A stretch of 64,000 nt of DNA, taken from NCBI RefSeq assembly GCF_964355755.1, contig NC_092678.1:1256422-1320421 (forward strand). The letters are read 5' to 3'. A program made the translations under genes and the position numbers. The notes beneath the pieces were generated by a model that saw only the letters and a program-made list of their open reading frames with translations, made no database searches and was not told where the DNA came from. This document shows, piece after piece, positions 23,282 through 35,183 of the stretch; position 1 is the first letter of the stretch; each line of letters opens with the position of its first letter. Source of the DNA: Antedon mediterranea. Its lineage: Eukaryota; Animalia; Echinodermata.

Positions 23282-26200
23282 ATGGCGACTTCCTTTCATT
23301 TTACGACAGAAACGCCTGCTGATTCCATGTTTACAGATATTCAGACATTTAATAAATTTGAAGATGAGGTATTGTTATAACACTACCGGTCCTAGCTAGC
23401 TAGTATACCATAGCTAACATACAGACCATTTTTTTTATTCTAGCTAGTAGCTAGGCCTCCTATGCCAGACTAGGCGCGGACTCTTCTTTTTTGCATGCAG
23501 TGTCTACGCGGCCGCCGACCGGTGACTGACTGGGCGACTACTTACTGAAGAGGGCCAGGCGGCCTAGGCCTGCTACCTATATAACTAAAATAATATGGGA
23601 TGGTGGGAAATTGCAATACCAAAAGGCTTATAAATAGGACATTATAATTATTATGTTAATTAATAATTCAGTACTTTAATTTTTAAATTTCACAAATGTT
23701 TATATATGGCCTACTACTAGTACTAGCCTAGCTAGGCCCTAGGCCCTAGCTCCTAGCTAGGCTAATTTAATTAATTAATAATAATATTTTATTAATATTA
23801 CTAATAATTAATTTATTTTATTTGTAGAAATTTTCTCAGATCGTTTCTATAGTGTTTTCCTTTCTACTCGAACCAAGTAAGGTTGGTATTTATTCATTTT
23901 AAACTTTTTTAAAAATATAACCAGAAATGTTATCTTTTTCACAACTTTTGATGCAAAGGCATTGCAAAATGATTTCCTTCACCCGCTCTTGTTGAGTAGT
24001 AGATAATAATTTACTTTTTTTTATACTAAAAGTAAAATGTGTATATTTCTATTCCCAAAGTCAAGTAGATTCTTAAATCAGCTGGAAGAGTTTGCTGAAA
24101 CACACGGAATAAATGCAACAGGACTGAAGAATGTCACCAAAAGCATGCTCACAGTCCCATACAGTAAGTTTCTGGAGCCATTCCTGTTACCATGCATTCT
24201 CACAACAACATAGGCCTACATTTCATACAACCAAAATCATTATAAAACTAGTACTGCTTTTTGGCTGCTGTTCCATCAAACAAAATCCATGTTTTGTACA
24301 TAAAAAAATGTATTCATTCTGTTTATTCTTCAAGGTGCAGTCAAGCGTAACATGAATTCAGCTCAACTTCAGCAAGATATGATGCACTTAGGTAAGTACA
24401 GTTCATTTTATGCCACATAATATACACTGATATGGTGGTGTTGTTTATTTTATATATTCAACATTAGAATAGCTATAATTTGATAAAAAATACAAAACAA
24501 TTGTAAAAGTACATATGCAAATCTTGTGTTTAGTGTTTATTAATTTAAACAAATTTCAAAATGAATTGTCATGTCAGTTCACGGAAATCACCTTGACACC
24601 AGCTACTCTACTTTCCACCCCCCCCCCCTCACCACCTCTTAACACACTGATTACATATTATACTAGCTCTATTGGTTGTGATGACTCAGTAATTAAGTAT
24701 TTTTACATTGTTTTCTCCAAGATTTGCTGCGATTAATTTTCTTTGTCTGTTGGAGATTACACTGATACCACTTGTACTATTAATACCATCATTTTTTCCA
24801 TCTATTCGTTTTATGAATAAAACATTTTTATCAAATAATTGTAATTTATTAATACTGGCTACAATTATATTTTCGTCACTGTCAGTTACTATAGCATTGG
24901 GGTACTTAACTTTCCCATCTTCTTCACCTTCAATTACAAGTGTTTTAATAAAGGTACCATTTGCATTGATCATTTGTATTCTATGATTACCCCAGTCAGC
25001 CACCATTAAATTACCTTCCTTGGTTAAAGTGACATCACGGGGGTAATGCAGTTCGCCCTCTAAACCTATCTTACCAAGCAGTCTGCCATCATCAACATTG
25101 AATTTAAATACACAATGAGCTTGAAAGTCTGTGACAAACAGAACTCGTGTTTTTTCATTAACCGCCAACCCCCAAGGATTGATCAATATTTCTTTACCAA
25201 ATTGACTGATTTCTTGTAATGTGTCATTACACATTACAACCCTCTTTCCTTCTGTGTCGCTATACAGAATGCGACCATTACCCATTGTATGCATTTTATT
25301 GACTCTAACATTGTGTGCCAATTGAATATGGGCAACAAATTCACCCGAATGATTAAACTTGAGTAACTCATTAGAGTTGCTTGATACTAAGATACAACCA
25401 TCTTTATCTAATTGTACATCTGACAGGCAATATTTGTTGTCTACTTTGTGGTCTCCTATTGTATCAGTGGTGTGTACAAGTCCTAGTGGTTCCACTTTGA
25501 TATTCACTGGTGTTCCTTTTAAGTGTGCTACTCCAGCAGTGATCTCCATCTTCCAATCACCTTCCTTATCACATCTTCCTTTTATTCTGTACTCTCCACT
25601 TCCCATGTATTCAACTTCATCAGTGGCTGTTGTTTTCCCTGATGGCTTTATCAGAGTAGCAGCTACGTTACATCTATCAATTTCATCCAGGCTTGATACA
25701 ATCACTTCAAATGCTTGTCCCTCTGTTACAGTAATAGCTTTATCATCTTTGTCAATGGCGTACTTGTTATCAACGCATACAATTGTACCGAGGCCTTTGA
25801 TAATGGCATCATCTACCTTTGTATTTAATCTGAAGGTTGGTGTCACTTTTTTGGGATACGATTGGTTGTTTCGTGATTGCATTTCTTCAATGTTTTTGTT
25901 AACGTCATCAATATTTCTCATGTAATCATCAAGCGTTGTTGTATTTCCTGGTTTGTTCATTGTTGTTTTTGTAATTAATCTCTTCAAACTTTGTGCTTTC
26001 TGTTGGTGTGACTCTAGCTCCCTCACTTCACTTTCAGTTGATTTGGTCTTTTCCTTACATACGTTTTCAAGATCTAATAATAGTTTTTTACCCTCCTTTT
26101 TAACCTTTCTAACAATTTCGTCTGTATGCGCTTCTATAGCTGTGCGGCAAAGCTGTACATGCATCTCAAAATGTACTTTATCATCTATTATAGAATTATA

Positions 26201-29200
26201 TATAACTTCCAATTTCTGTTTGATATCATCAACTGACTCAACAAGGTTAGAGACTTGTTTGTTAAATGCATCTATAGCGTTCCATATCGGTTTAGCATCA
26301 TGTTCTTCATAACACTGCATAAAATGTGTGCATTTCTTGCAAGCACTTTTGCTACAATTTGCACAAAACAATTGTAAATTGTTATCTGGATGGTCTTGGC
26401 ATTTGCGTGGTACTTCTTTTGACATCTGTAAAAACAGGTTTAAGAATTTTATTCTATAGTTAGTAAGGAGGTTTCATTTTTGGAATGACATACAGTACAT
26501 ACATAGAATCCACAAGGATTTTGAGCTGATTGGTCTGTTTGTCAAACTCAATAATGTTAAGAGTTCTTATAACTTACATTTCTAGCTGGACTTACTACAA
26601 GAACGTATCAGCTGACATTGTGAAATAGTAAAGGACATTGTGAAATGTTATAATTTAAAAAAAAAATTAATATAACATTTTATATACTGTTATTTAGTTA
26701 TTTAGTATGTAAATTACCTTGTTTTCTTGATGTAGTTCCTTGTACTCTTAAACGTTTTGTATACAATACTGTAGTGATAGAATTAGGTACAGTTATTACA
26801 TTGATATTATTACTTAGTAGTCTAGCTTTTCTCATGCAAATTATGAATTTGACAATTTTTCAAATACTAACTGTATGAAGATAGAAAGAAAGTAGAATCC
26901 ATTGTGTTGATGATAATCAACAATGAGGAAGTATTATAAAAAGCCTGCAGCCATTCAAAATTCAGATGTGGGGTCACTAATGTCAATTTATACATATTCA
27001 TTTCTTGCATGATGACAGTCGCAATATTTATTTTCAATTTCAATAAAATTCTGTTTTTTTCCTGAAGTATTCATTCATTCATTCAGACGCTTTGTCTGAC
27101 TTTATTCAAACTTTATTCTATGGTTTTTGATTAACTTGTACAATAATTTTATAAAATTAATATAGATAAATATCATTTTCTTAAAAAGTATTCTGAAATT
27201 ATAAGCATGATTAATATATTTTAGATAGATTATTAATAATTATTGAATCCATTAAATGAAAGTATGCCATCCATATCAAACAAAAGAAAACAGAAAGAAC
27301 AAATTTACAGTAATTATGAACAGTGTGTTTTATTTAAAGGTAAAAACATCATTATGTCTTAAATATTTACATATGTACAGCCGTTTACCAGAATATACGG
27401 TAATTAGAGCAAATAATTAAATTAATACTAACTATACAGTATAAAGCCTCACATCACTTAAATTACTTGCAAATTAATTCATACAACCAGGGGACGATTT
27501 AGGAGAGGGGGGGGGGGGTGTCGGGCCCCATACTGTATAGATATTATGCACCCATTTACATACAATTTTATCAACGATTTTACAGGAAAAGGGGGTACAA
27601 ATCAACATTAAAAATCGTTACGTTTTTTTTTAAAGTTGAACCGAGTTCAACTTCAACGTTACGATCGGTAAAACTGACTGACCAATCAAATAGTTCATAA
27701 ATTACGTCATCATTGTTTGTGAAAAAATACGTACGCGCTGACAATGTTTAAACACAAAGTCAATGAATATTTTAAGAATGTTACTTAATGTTTCTTTTTG
27801 TTTCTCTCATGAAATTTCGTTTAAATAACTTTTTATTAAGATGTCAATTTGTCTCAGTTAAATGTACATTAGGACTTTAATAGATGGAAATAAGTTACAC
27901 TGAAAATGTGAAACTTTATCTAATTATCCTTGGTTCATTTTGTTCTGTTTCCATTGTTTGACACCTGTTTTGTTGTACTTTTCTGGTGTTGTCTTTTGAA
28001 TTTGATGTACTGTTTATCGTCTTTTTTATAATGTATTTTATGTATGAACCAAATAAATTCAATCAATCAATCAATTCTTGATTTTTTACAACGCGACGAT
28101 GTTTTTTGTACTCTTTTAAAACCTGATAATTTAAAATAACAAGTGTAAGTAAAATTTAATTTTAATATAAAAACAATTTAATTTAATGTTTGTCTTTAGT
28201 GTAAAAACTAGATTAAGATATAAGCGAAAACATGTCCTAGGCCGGATTGGTTGAAGCATCAAAACCCGTAACTTTTTCAATTTTCTTACGGGCCCGGCTG
28301 CACGTGACCGGCCTTGGCTTTGCAAAACTCCACGTCCATGTGTCCAAGCAACGTCGAAAGAACCAAGAAACCATTAAAGATAACGTAAAAATGTGTAAAA
28401 ATTCGCAACGGGAAAACAGGCTTTAGGCACCAAAAAAAACCAGTTCCGTATAGGCTATTAAATATGGTCTATAAAACCCACTATATTCAGATAATTATAT
28501 GACAAGAATCGACTGGCCAAAACGCCTCAGATGCTATCTCCGGGCGTCTAGAAAAATCCCCCTAGACGATTATTTTTCCCATATCGGGCCCCCCCCCCCC
28601 CCTCTTTATCAAAATCCTAGATCCGCCCCTCTTGAATTCACATGATATTGGTTTTACACTAATCTATTTTGAATCCATTTGTTGCATATTTTCTACATAG
28701 AATTGCTGTTTAGTAATTAAATATTTTCACATTGTCTTTTCCACGATTTGCTATTGCTAATCTCCTTGGTCTATTGGAGATTACACACATTCCCCATGGA
28801 AAATCAATACCATCATTTATGCCACCTATACATTTAATGAAAATGCCATTTATATCAAATAATTGTAGTTTATTTCTACTGGCTACAATTATATTTTCAT
28901 CCATGTCCATTACTATAGAATGAGGATACATAACTTTCCCAATTTCTTCACCTTCATTTACAAGTGTTTTAATAAATATACCATTTGCATCAAACATCTG
29001 TATTCTATGATTACCCCAGTCAACCACCATTAAATTGCCTTCCTTGGTTAAAGTGACATCACGGGGACAATCCAGTTTACCATGTTCTTTACCTTCAGAA
29101 CCTATCTTACCTAGCAAGTTACCGTTTTCAACATTGATTTTAAGTATACAATGAGAATGGAAGTCTGCAACATACATAACTTTTGTTTTATTGTTTAGTG

Positions 29201-32200
29201 TCAGCCCACTTGGAAATCCCAATAATCCTTCACACAATAGATTGGGTTCTTCAAATTTACTATTACACTTTACAACTTTCTTTCCGTCTGTGTCACAATA
29301 CAGGATATGACCGTTGCTCATTGCATGCATTTTAGCGACCTTAGTTTTTTGTGTCACTTTTATATTGCCAACAAATTTTCCTGATTTGTTGAATTTCAAT
29401 AAATTATTAGAACAGCTTGAAACTACTATACAACCGTCTGAGTCTAATAATACATCTGTTACTCTGTATTTATCTAATTTGTGTTCTTTCATGTTTTCAA
29501 TCGTATGTACAAGTCCCAGTGGTTCCACTTGGATCTTCACTGGAGAACCTTTGATTTTCACTTCACAAGATGTGATCTCCATCTTCCAATCACCTTCCTT
29601 ATCACATCTTCCTTTTATTCTGTACTCTCCACTTCCCATGTATTCAACTTCATCAGTGGCTGTTGTTTTCCCTGATGGCTTTATCAGAGTAGCAGCTACG
29701 TTACATCTATCAATTTCATCCAGGCTTGATACAATCACTTCAAATGCTTGTCCCTCTGTTACAGTAATAGCTTTATCATCTTTGTCAATGGCGTACTTGT
29801 TATCAACGCATACAATTGTACCGAGGCCTTTGATAATGGCATCATCTACCTTTGTATTTAATCTGAAGGTTGGTGTCACTTTTTTGGGATACGATTGGTC
29901 GTTTCGTGATTGCATTTCTTCAATGTTTTTGTTAACGTCATCAATATTTCTCATGTAATCATCAAGCGTTGTTGTATTTCCTGGTTTGTTCATTGTTGTT
30001 TTTGTAATTAATCTCTTCAAACTTTGTGCTTTCTGTTGGTGTGACTCTAGCTCCCTCACTTCACTTTCAGTTGATTTGGTCTTTTCCTTACATACGTTTT
30101 CAAGATCTAATAATAGTTTTTTACCCTCCTTTTTAACCTTTCTAACAATTTCGTCTGTATGCGCTTCTATAGCTGTGCGGCAAAGCTGTACATGCATCTC
30201 AAAATGTACTTTATCATCTATTATAGAATTATATACAACTTCCAATTTCTGTTTGATATCATCAACTGACTCAACAAGGCTAGAGACTTGTTTGTTAAAT
30301 GCATCTATAGCGTTCCATATCGGTTTAGCATCATGTTCTTCATAACACTGCATAAAATGTGTGCATTTCTTGCAAGCACTTTTGCTACAATTTGCACAAA
30401 ACAATTGTAAATTGTTATCTGGATGGTCTTGGCATTTGCGTGGTACTTCCTTTGACATCTGTAAAAACAGGTTTAAGAATGTTATTCTATAGTTAGTAAG
30501 GAGGTTTCATTTTTGGAATGACATACAGTACATACATAGAATCCACAAGGATTTTGAACTGATTGGTCTGTTTGTCAAACTCAATAATGTTAAGAGTTGT
30601 TATAACTTACATTTCTAGCTGGACTTACTACAAGAACGTATCAGCTGACATTGTGAAATACTAAAGGACATTGTGAAATGTTATAATTTAAAAAAAAAAT
30701 TAATATAACATTTTATATACTGTTATTTAGTTATTTAGTATGTAAATTACCTTGTTTTCTTGATGTAGTTCCTTGTACTCCTAAACGTTGTGTATACAAT
30801 ACTGTAGTGATAGAATTAGGTACAGTTATTACATTCATATTATTACTTAGTAGTCTAGCTTTTCTCATGCAAATTATGAATTTGACAATTTTTCAAATAC
30901 TAACTGTATGAAGATAGAAAGAAAGTAGAATCCATTGTGTTGATGATAATCAACAATGAGGAAGTATTATAAAAAGCCTGCAGCCATTCAACTATAATCC
31001 AGAATAAGGTTCACTGTCTTTTTATAAAGCAGTTTAAAATGATCAATATCAACAACAACAAAACAGAAAGAATAAAAGAGAGCTGAAAGAAAAATTGTAT
31101 GAAAACAAATTTATATTTAATTTAAAGTATATTTTAATTTTTTTTTTATTAATTATTATTTTGTTTTATTACAGGTCTTTCAGAAGATAAAGCCAATTAT
31201 TTTTCAAAACAGGTAAAAAATTGTATTGCTAGAAAGAATGAAAGTCAACGAATTTGTGATTTTTTTAAAAATAAAACACTCAATTCATAGCATCTCAGTA
31301 TCTTTTGAAAATAATTATGTTTTATTTATGTTATTTTTTTTTTTTTTTTAGTGGCATGAAAACATCGTAGGTTTGTCTAAGACGGCTGTTGGACAGACTT
31401 TAACAGTGAACCAATTAGTTGATATGGACTGGAAATTTGGTGGTAAATAATTTGTCTTACTTATAACATTCACACCTCATACTGTAGATAATGGAAAACC
31501 TTATTTACAGTAATAGAATAAACTCATTCATTTCAGGTCTCTAACTTAAGAGTTGCATTCAATTTGTGCTGATAATGTTATGTTATGATAATGTTATGTT
31601 ATGATAATGTTATGATAATTAATGTTATGTTATGATAATGTTATGTTATGATAATGTTATGTTTTGTTTATAGTTACAGCAGCAAGTAGTGAACTAAAGA
31701 AAGTTGGTAATACTTTTTTACAGGTAGGTTTTTATAATATTAATATACTTCAGATATTGTATGCAATGCTGTCTATAATATAAATATAATATGCATTGAT
31801 TTCTTATAAAATGATACTTCAATATAAAACGTCTGTATGTACGCCATTTGAATCCAAACCCTGTTAAATAATATGTTAGTGCTTGTGTGTTCATTATACA
31901 ATGTTAATTCAGCCAAAAGTGTTCCCTAACTGACTTTGTGTGTCCCTTGGATAGAGTAATAGCACTGTCTGTTAACTATATTAAATAAATATCAATATGT
32001 TATTTCAGTTAAAATTAGTTGTCAACAAAGGAAACAAGATGGAGAATGTGTATATGGGTAAGTCTTTCTACTTTCTACTCTCAGTAAAGTATTTTTATTT
32101 TCTGCTTGTTTTTGTATTTTTATGAATGTTTTTTTATATTTGTTGTGTGGATATTTTCTGAAATATTGATTGAAATGCTGTATTTTATCTTTATGTACTA

Positions 32201-32549
32201 CTTGGTAAGAGGATTCACAAGCTCCTGTCAGGGATTTAGTTCCCTTTTGTGTTTCCTGCCACTTACTTTGTAGTATTATTGTAGTACTATTGTGCTATTT
32301 AAGGCATTTCTCATTTCTATAAATAACTATTGAAAAATATCATTTGTTATGTTAAAAGTAATTGATTGAGTTAAAAAATGAGTCACCTTTGTGTAATAAA
32401 TTTGATAATAATTATGCTAGATGAATTGTAACATTTTCTTAATGAATCATTCTGTTTTAAAATTATTTACAGAACTGACGGTACCACAATTTTATTCATT
32501 TCTTCATGAGATGGAAAAAGCAAAAGCAAGTTTGGAGTACTTCAGTTAG
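23282..32549 (+). CDS. COMMD7: COMM domain-containing protein 7, 201 aa (exons 23282-23368, 23828-23881, 24061-24163, 24335-24391, 31175-31212, 31352-31442, 31674-31723, 32009-32057, 32473-32549)
   Basis: Spliced product: ...FSFLLEPSK SSRFLNQLEEFA...LGLSEDKANYFSKQW...GQTLTVNQLVDMDWKFGVTAASSELKKVGNTFLQLKLVVNKGNKMENVYMELTVPQFYSFLHEMEKAKASLEYFS*, closely matching vertebrate COMMD7. The exons total 606 nt with consistent phases. Confidence 0.95.
24686..26425 (-). CDS. TRIM-NHL-like protein, copy A (B-box, coiled coil, filamin/Ig-like, NHL propeller; no RING), 579 aa, nested antisense in COMMD7 intron 4
   Basis: B-box CQDHPDNNLQLFCANCSKSACKKC...H, a coiled coil, filamin-like GEYRIKG...HLKGTPVNIKV, and NHL blades PWGLAV / PRDVTL...ADWGNHRIQ / YPNAIV. 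The CDS is a single exon whose ATG directly follows an acceptor; an upstream non-coding exon has its donor at ~26717. Confidence 0.9.
   Translation of the reverse strand: MSKEVPRKCQDHPDNNLQLFCANCSKSACKKCTHFMQCYEEHDAKPIWNAIDAFNKQVSNLVESVDDIKQKLEVIYNSIIDDKVHFEMHVQLCRTAIEAHTDEIVRKVKKEGKKLLLDLENVCKEKTKSTESEVRELESHQQKAQSLKRLITKTTMNKPGNTTTLDDYMRNIDDVNKNIEEMQSRNNQSYPKKVTPTFRLNTKVDDAIIKGLGTIVCVDNKYAIDKDDKAITVTEGQAFEVIVSSLDEIDRCNVAATLIKPSGKTTATDEVEYMGSGEYRIKGRCDKEGDWKMEITAGVAHLKGTPVNIKVEPLGLVHTTDTIGDHKVDNKYCLSDVQLDKDGCILVSSNSNELLKFNHSGEFVAHIQLAHNVRVNKMHTMGNGRILYSDTEGKRVVMCNDTLQEISQFGKEILINPWGLAVNEKTRVLFVTDFQAHCVFKFNVDDGRLLGKIGLEGELHYPRDVTLTKEGNLMVADWGNHRIQMINANGTFIKTLVIEGEEDGKVKYPNAIVTDSDENIIVASINKLQLFDKNVLFIKRIDGKNDGINSTSGISVISNRQRKLIAANLGENNVKILNY
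27488..28631. mobile_element. Composite non-autonomous DNA element between the TRIM-NHL copies (hAT-like ends), with a nested LINE tail at ~27840-28075
   Basis: Imperfect ends caggggacgatttagga...(G)n and (C)n...tcctagatccgcccct, plus an internal aataaa-(tcaa)n tail. No TSD was found. Confidence 0.45.
28710..30458 (-). CDS. TRIM-NHL-like protein, copy B, 582 aa, nested antisense in COMMD7 intron 4
   Basis: Same architecture as copy A. The first ~296 residues are nearly identical to copy A and the NHL region is divergent. Confidence 0.9.
   Translation of the reverse strand: MSKEVPRKCQDHPDNNLQLFCANCSKSACKKCTHFMQCYEEHDAKPIWNAIDAFNKQVSSLVESVDDIKQKLEVVYNSIIDDKVHFEMHVQLCRTAIEAHTDEIVRKVKKEGKKLLLDLENVCKEKTKSTESEVRELESHQQKAQSLKRLITKTTMNKPGNTTTLDDYMRNIDDVNKNIEEMQSRNDQSYPKKVTPTFRLNTKVDDAIIKGLGTIVCVDNKYAIDKDDKAITVTEGQAFEVIVSSLDEIDRCNVAATLIKPSGKTTATDEVEYMGSGEYRIKGRCDKEGDWKMEITSCEVKIKGSPVKIQVEPLGLVHTIENMKEHKLDKYRVTDVLLDSDGCIVVSSCSNNLLKFNKSGKFVGNIKVTQKTKVAKMHAMSNGHILYCDTDGKKVVKCNSKFEEPNLLCEGLLGFPSGLTLNNKTKVMYVADFHSHCILKINVENGNLLGKIGSEGKEHGKLDCPRDVTLTKEGNLMVVDWGNHRIQMFDANGIFIKTLVNEGEEIGKVMYPHSIVMDMDENIIVASRNKLQLFDINGIFIKCIGGINDGIDFPWGMCVISNRPRRLAIANRGKDNVKIFNY
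31570..31665. repeat. (TAATG/TTATG)-type microsatellite in COMMD7 intron 6
   Basis: gataatgttatgttat units repeated in tandem. Confidence 0.85.
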
Positions 32550-32557
32550 TTTCATCA

Positions 32558-32762
32558 GGACTTTGAATTATGGGATATGGAACTTTCTGATGACTGCATT
32601 GTGGGATGGAACTGTCTGGCTTTGAATCATGGGATATGGAACTTTCTGATAACTCTGCATTGTGGGATGGAACTGTCTGACTTTGAATTGATATGGGATA
32701 AGAAACAGTACGATGACTTTGAATTATGCTGAGATATGGAACTGGAATTTGGCTTTGAATTA
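32558..32762 (+). repeat. Degenerate ~30-bp tandem repeats just after the COMMD7 stop codon (3' UTR)
   Basis: Recurring gactttgaattatgggatatggaact and tgcattgtgggatggaactgtctg units. Confidence 0.75.
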
Positions 32763-35183
32763 TATTTTAAAGAAATCTAATCAAATTACAATGATAGTTA
32801 AATATATAATATATATATTGGGGTGGGGGTGTTGCTTATAGGATTATATTTTCCAAACTATATAAATGTTATACATACATTTTGTATATGAACATATATT
32901 AAAAATAATATTGTTACTTTCGACTTTCTTTGGTTTTATTAATATAGTTTCCTTTATTTTATTATATTTTATATTATTTAATTTTAATAATGAGGTTATT
33001 ATTTTGATATTATGTCAAGCATTAGGAAAATTACATTGGCGGTTTAATTAGATTTGTTTGTCAATGCCAGGATCATGTACAGTAGAATCAAATAGATAAT
33101 AGATTATCCTCCATGGATTATTTATATTCTCTTTGACAAATTTGACACAGTTTTTGAATTTGAATGCCTTCCATGCTACAAATAAAATCCTAATCTAATC
33201 CTTTTTGACAAATTGTGCTTTCCATATTACCAAAGAACAACTAAATCGATACCTTTTTGATGAGTTTTGCACACCGTACTACTAAGGAAGATTTAATTTA
33301 AATTCATTTTTGACTGATTTAATCCTTTCTAACGAAATTTGCTTTTCATACTAATCATATTTGTTATCCCTTTGGAAAATGTTGCCTATCATGACGATGA
33401 GATGTTAAAAAATTTATAAAAATTAATTTGTGTTTGCCGCCCTCTTTTGTTAGCTTTGAACAACCTCGCAATATATTGCACTTTTGGCGCTTCGTATTTT
33501 TGTGCAGTAATTTCTATTTATACATGGGCTATCCTTTTCGAACTGTCAAAATGTTGTCATAAACATCGCTATATTTAGCTCATTGATGGTAAGTATAAAT
33601 GCAACAGCATGTTCAAGATTATTACAAGGGCGATAAGGGCTGACTGCGGAAGTTTGGTAAGGAATATCCTTTTTATATTAGTATAGGCTAATTAATAGTA
33701 TTTAATACTCTCGATTTATTGAGTTAGGCCTCGCCGCCTCATCATCGGCCTTCGTTTTTATATGAATGAGTGAGGTGAGGCGTGGCGGGTTTCTCTCTAG
33801 CTACCTTCCATTAGTGGCCTACGCTAGCCTAGCCTATAAGTTACAGTACTATATATAAACCCCTCCCAGCCACTCTGCATTGTGGTTAATAAGATAATAA
33901 TTATACGTTTTTGACCATTGAGTAGGCTATTCTATTATTTTTTTAAAATAAACAAATTTTATATTATTAAAAAAAAATAATATTATTAATAGGGATAACG
34001 ATGTAAAATTAAAAGTTAATATTTTTCAAACAAATTATACATTGCCTGTTAGTATTTTGTATCAATATTATAATAAAGAAAGAATTATGAAAATATGACT
34101 TGTAGTTTTCGAAATATAGGGTTTAAAACATCGCCGAAAATGATCGTTTTTAGCCACGAACGATGTAAACAAATTGCGCCCTCAGTCGACAATTGTATGA
34201 ACTAGTCATTTTTCGTAAAAATAATTATATAAAATCACGATTTTAAGTAACATATTTTATATATCAACATTGTAAAATTCAATAAAATATGATATTACTT
34301 ATTTATTATATAAAAAAGAGTGTTTATTTAACCTCGTTCGAAGAATTTCAATGCATTATTTTCCTGTGTAATTGGACAGGCCTGACACCATGTGACTTCA
34401 CGGCACTCGCGAGAAAATTATTCCGCTGTGTGTTGAATCGCGTCAACCAATCAAAGGGCGAGAATCCAAAATCGTTCAACCGTGAGACTTGCGGAGCGGT
34501 CGAATGCGGAGGTTTGATTGGCTTGCGATGACATCATACCATAAAATGGCGTTTTTGTAGTTGAGCCCCTCGGAATTTTTCAAAAATTATTTAAAAAATG
34601 GACTAAACGGATATTTTTTATGGTATATGGGTTGTTACTATGAAATATTCGAATCATAAAGGCCTCATATCTGGATAAAATTGTTTTTTTAGCAGTTAAA
34701 ATTAATATTTTTCTTAGTAACAAGCACATGGTATGTGGAACTATATTATCTTGGTGTAGGAATAAAAAACATTTTGAGGTCATAAGAGGCTCAACTACAA
34801 AAATAAGGTTGAAATGGTAGGTCATTGAGCCTTCCGAGGGTTTCGTAGTAAACAAAAGCTATACGCGCTAGGCGATAACGATCTTTTAACCACTATATTC
34901 ACATTTTTGGTTGAATGAAATGGAAATAAAAAATACTTGATCTTATAGAATAATAGGTAAATAAATATATACTCAAAATAATATATTTATAATTAATTTA
35001 TTTTCAGAACAATTACCTAATAAAAAGTGTTTACCAAAGTAAAAAAACACCGCGTCAATGACATTGCGCGCATAGTAACGTGCGCGCTGTTTAATCGTGG
35101 TAATGAAAATGGAGTCAGCTCTCGGTATCCCTATTATTAAATATTATGTTCTAGAATTGTACTCTACTTGGACGTAATTACTA

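Noticed and set aside
26430-26960. Upstream RING-coding exon for the TRIM-NHL genes
   Set aside because: The exon ending at ~26718 (and ~30751) has an in-frame stop ten codons before the donor, and no Cys/His RING pattern is visible in the duplicated block.
24708-30345. Plus-strand ORFs overlapping the TRIM-NHL genes
   Set aside because: Antisense shadows of the real minus-strand CDSs, with no recognisable motifs.
34290-34860. ORFs or a defined MITE upstream of RhoBTB
   Set aside because: There are paired CCAATC/GATTGG motifs and a short imperfect inverted match (ccctcggaa / ttccgaggg), but I could not define termini, a TSD or coding features.
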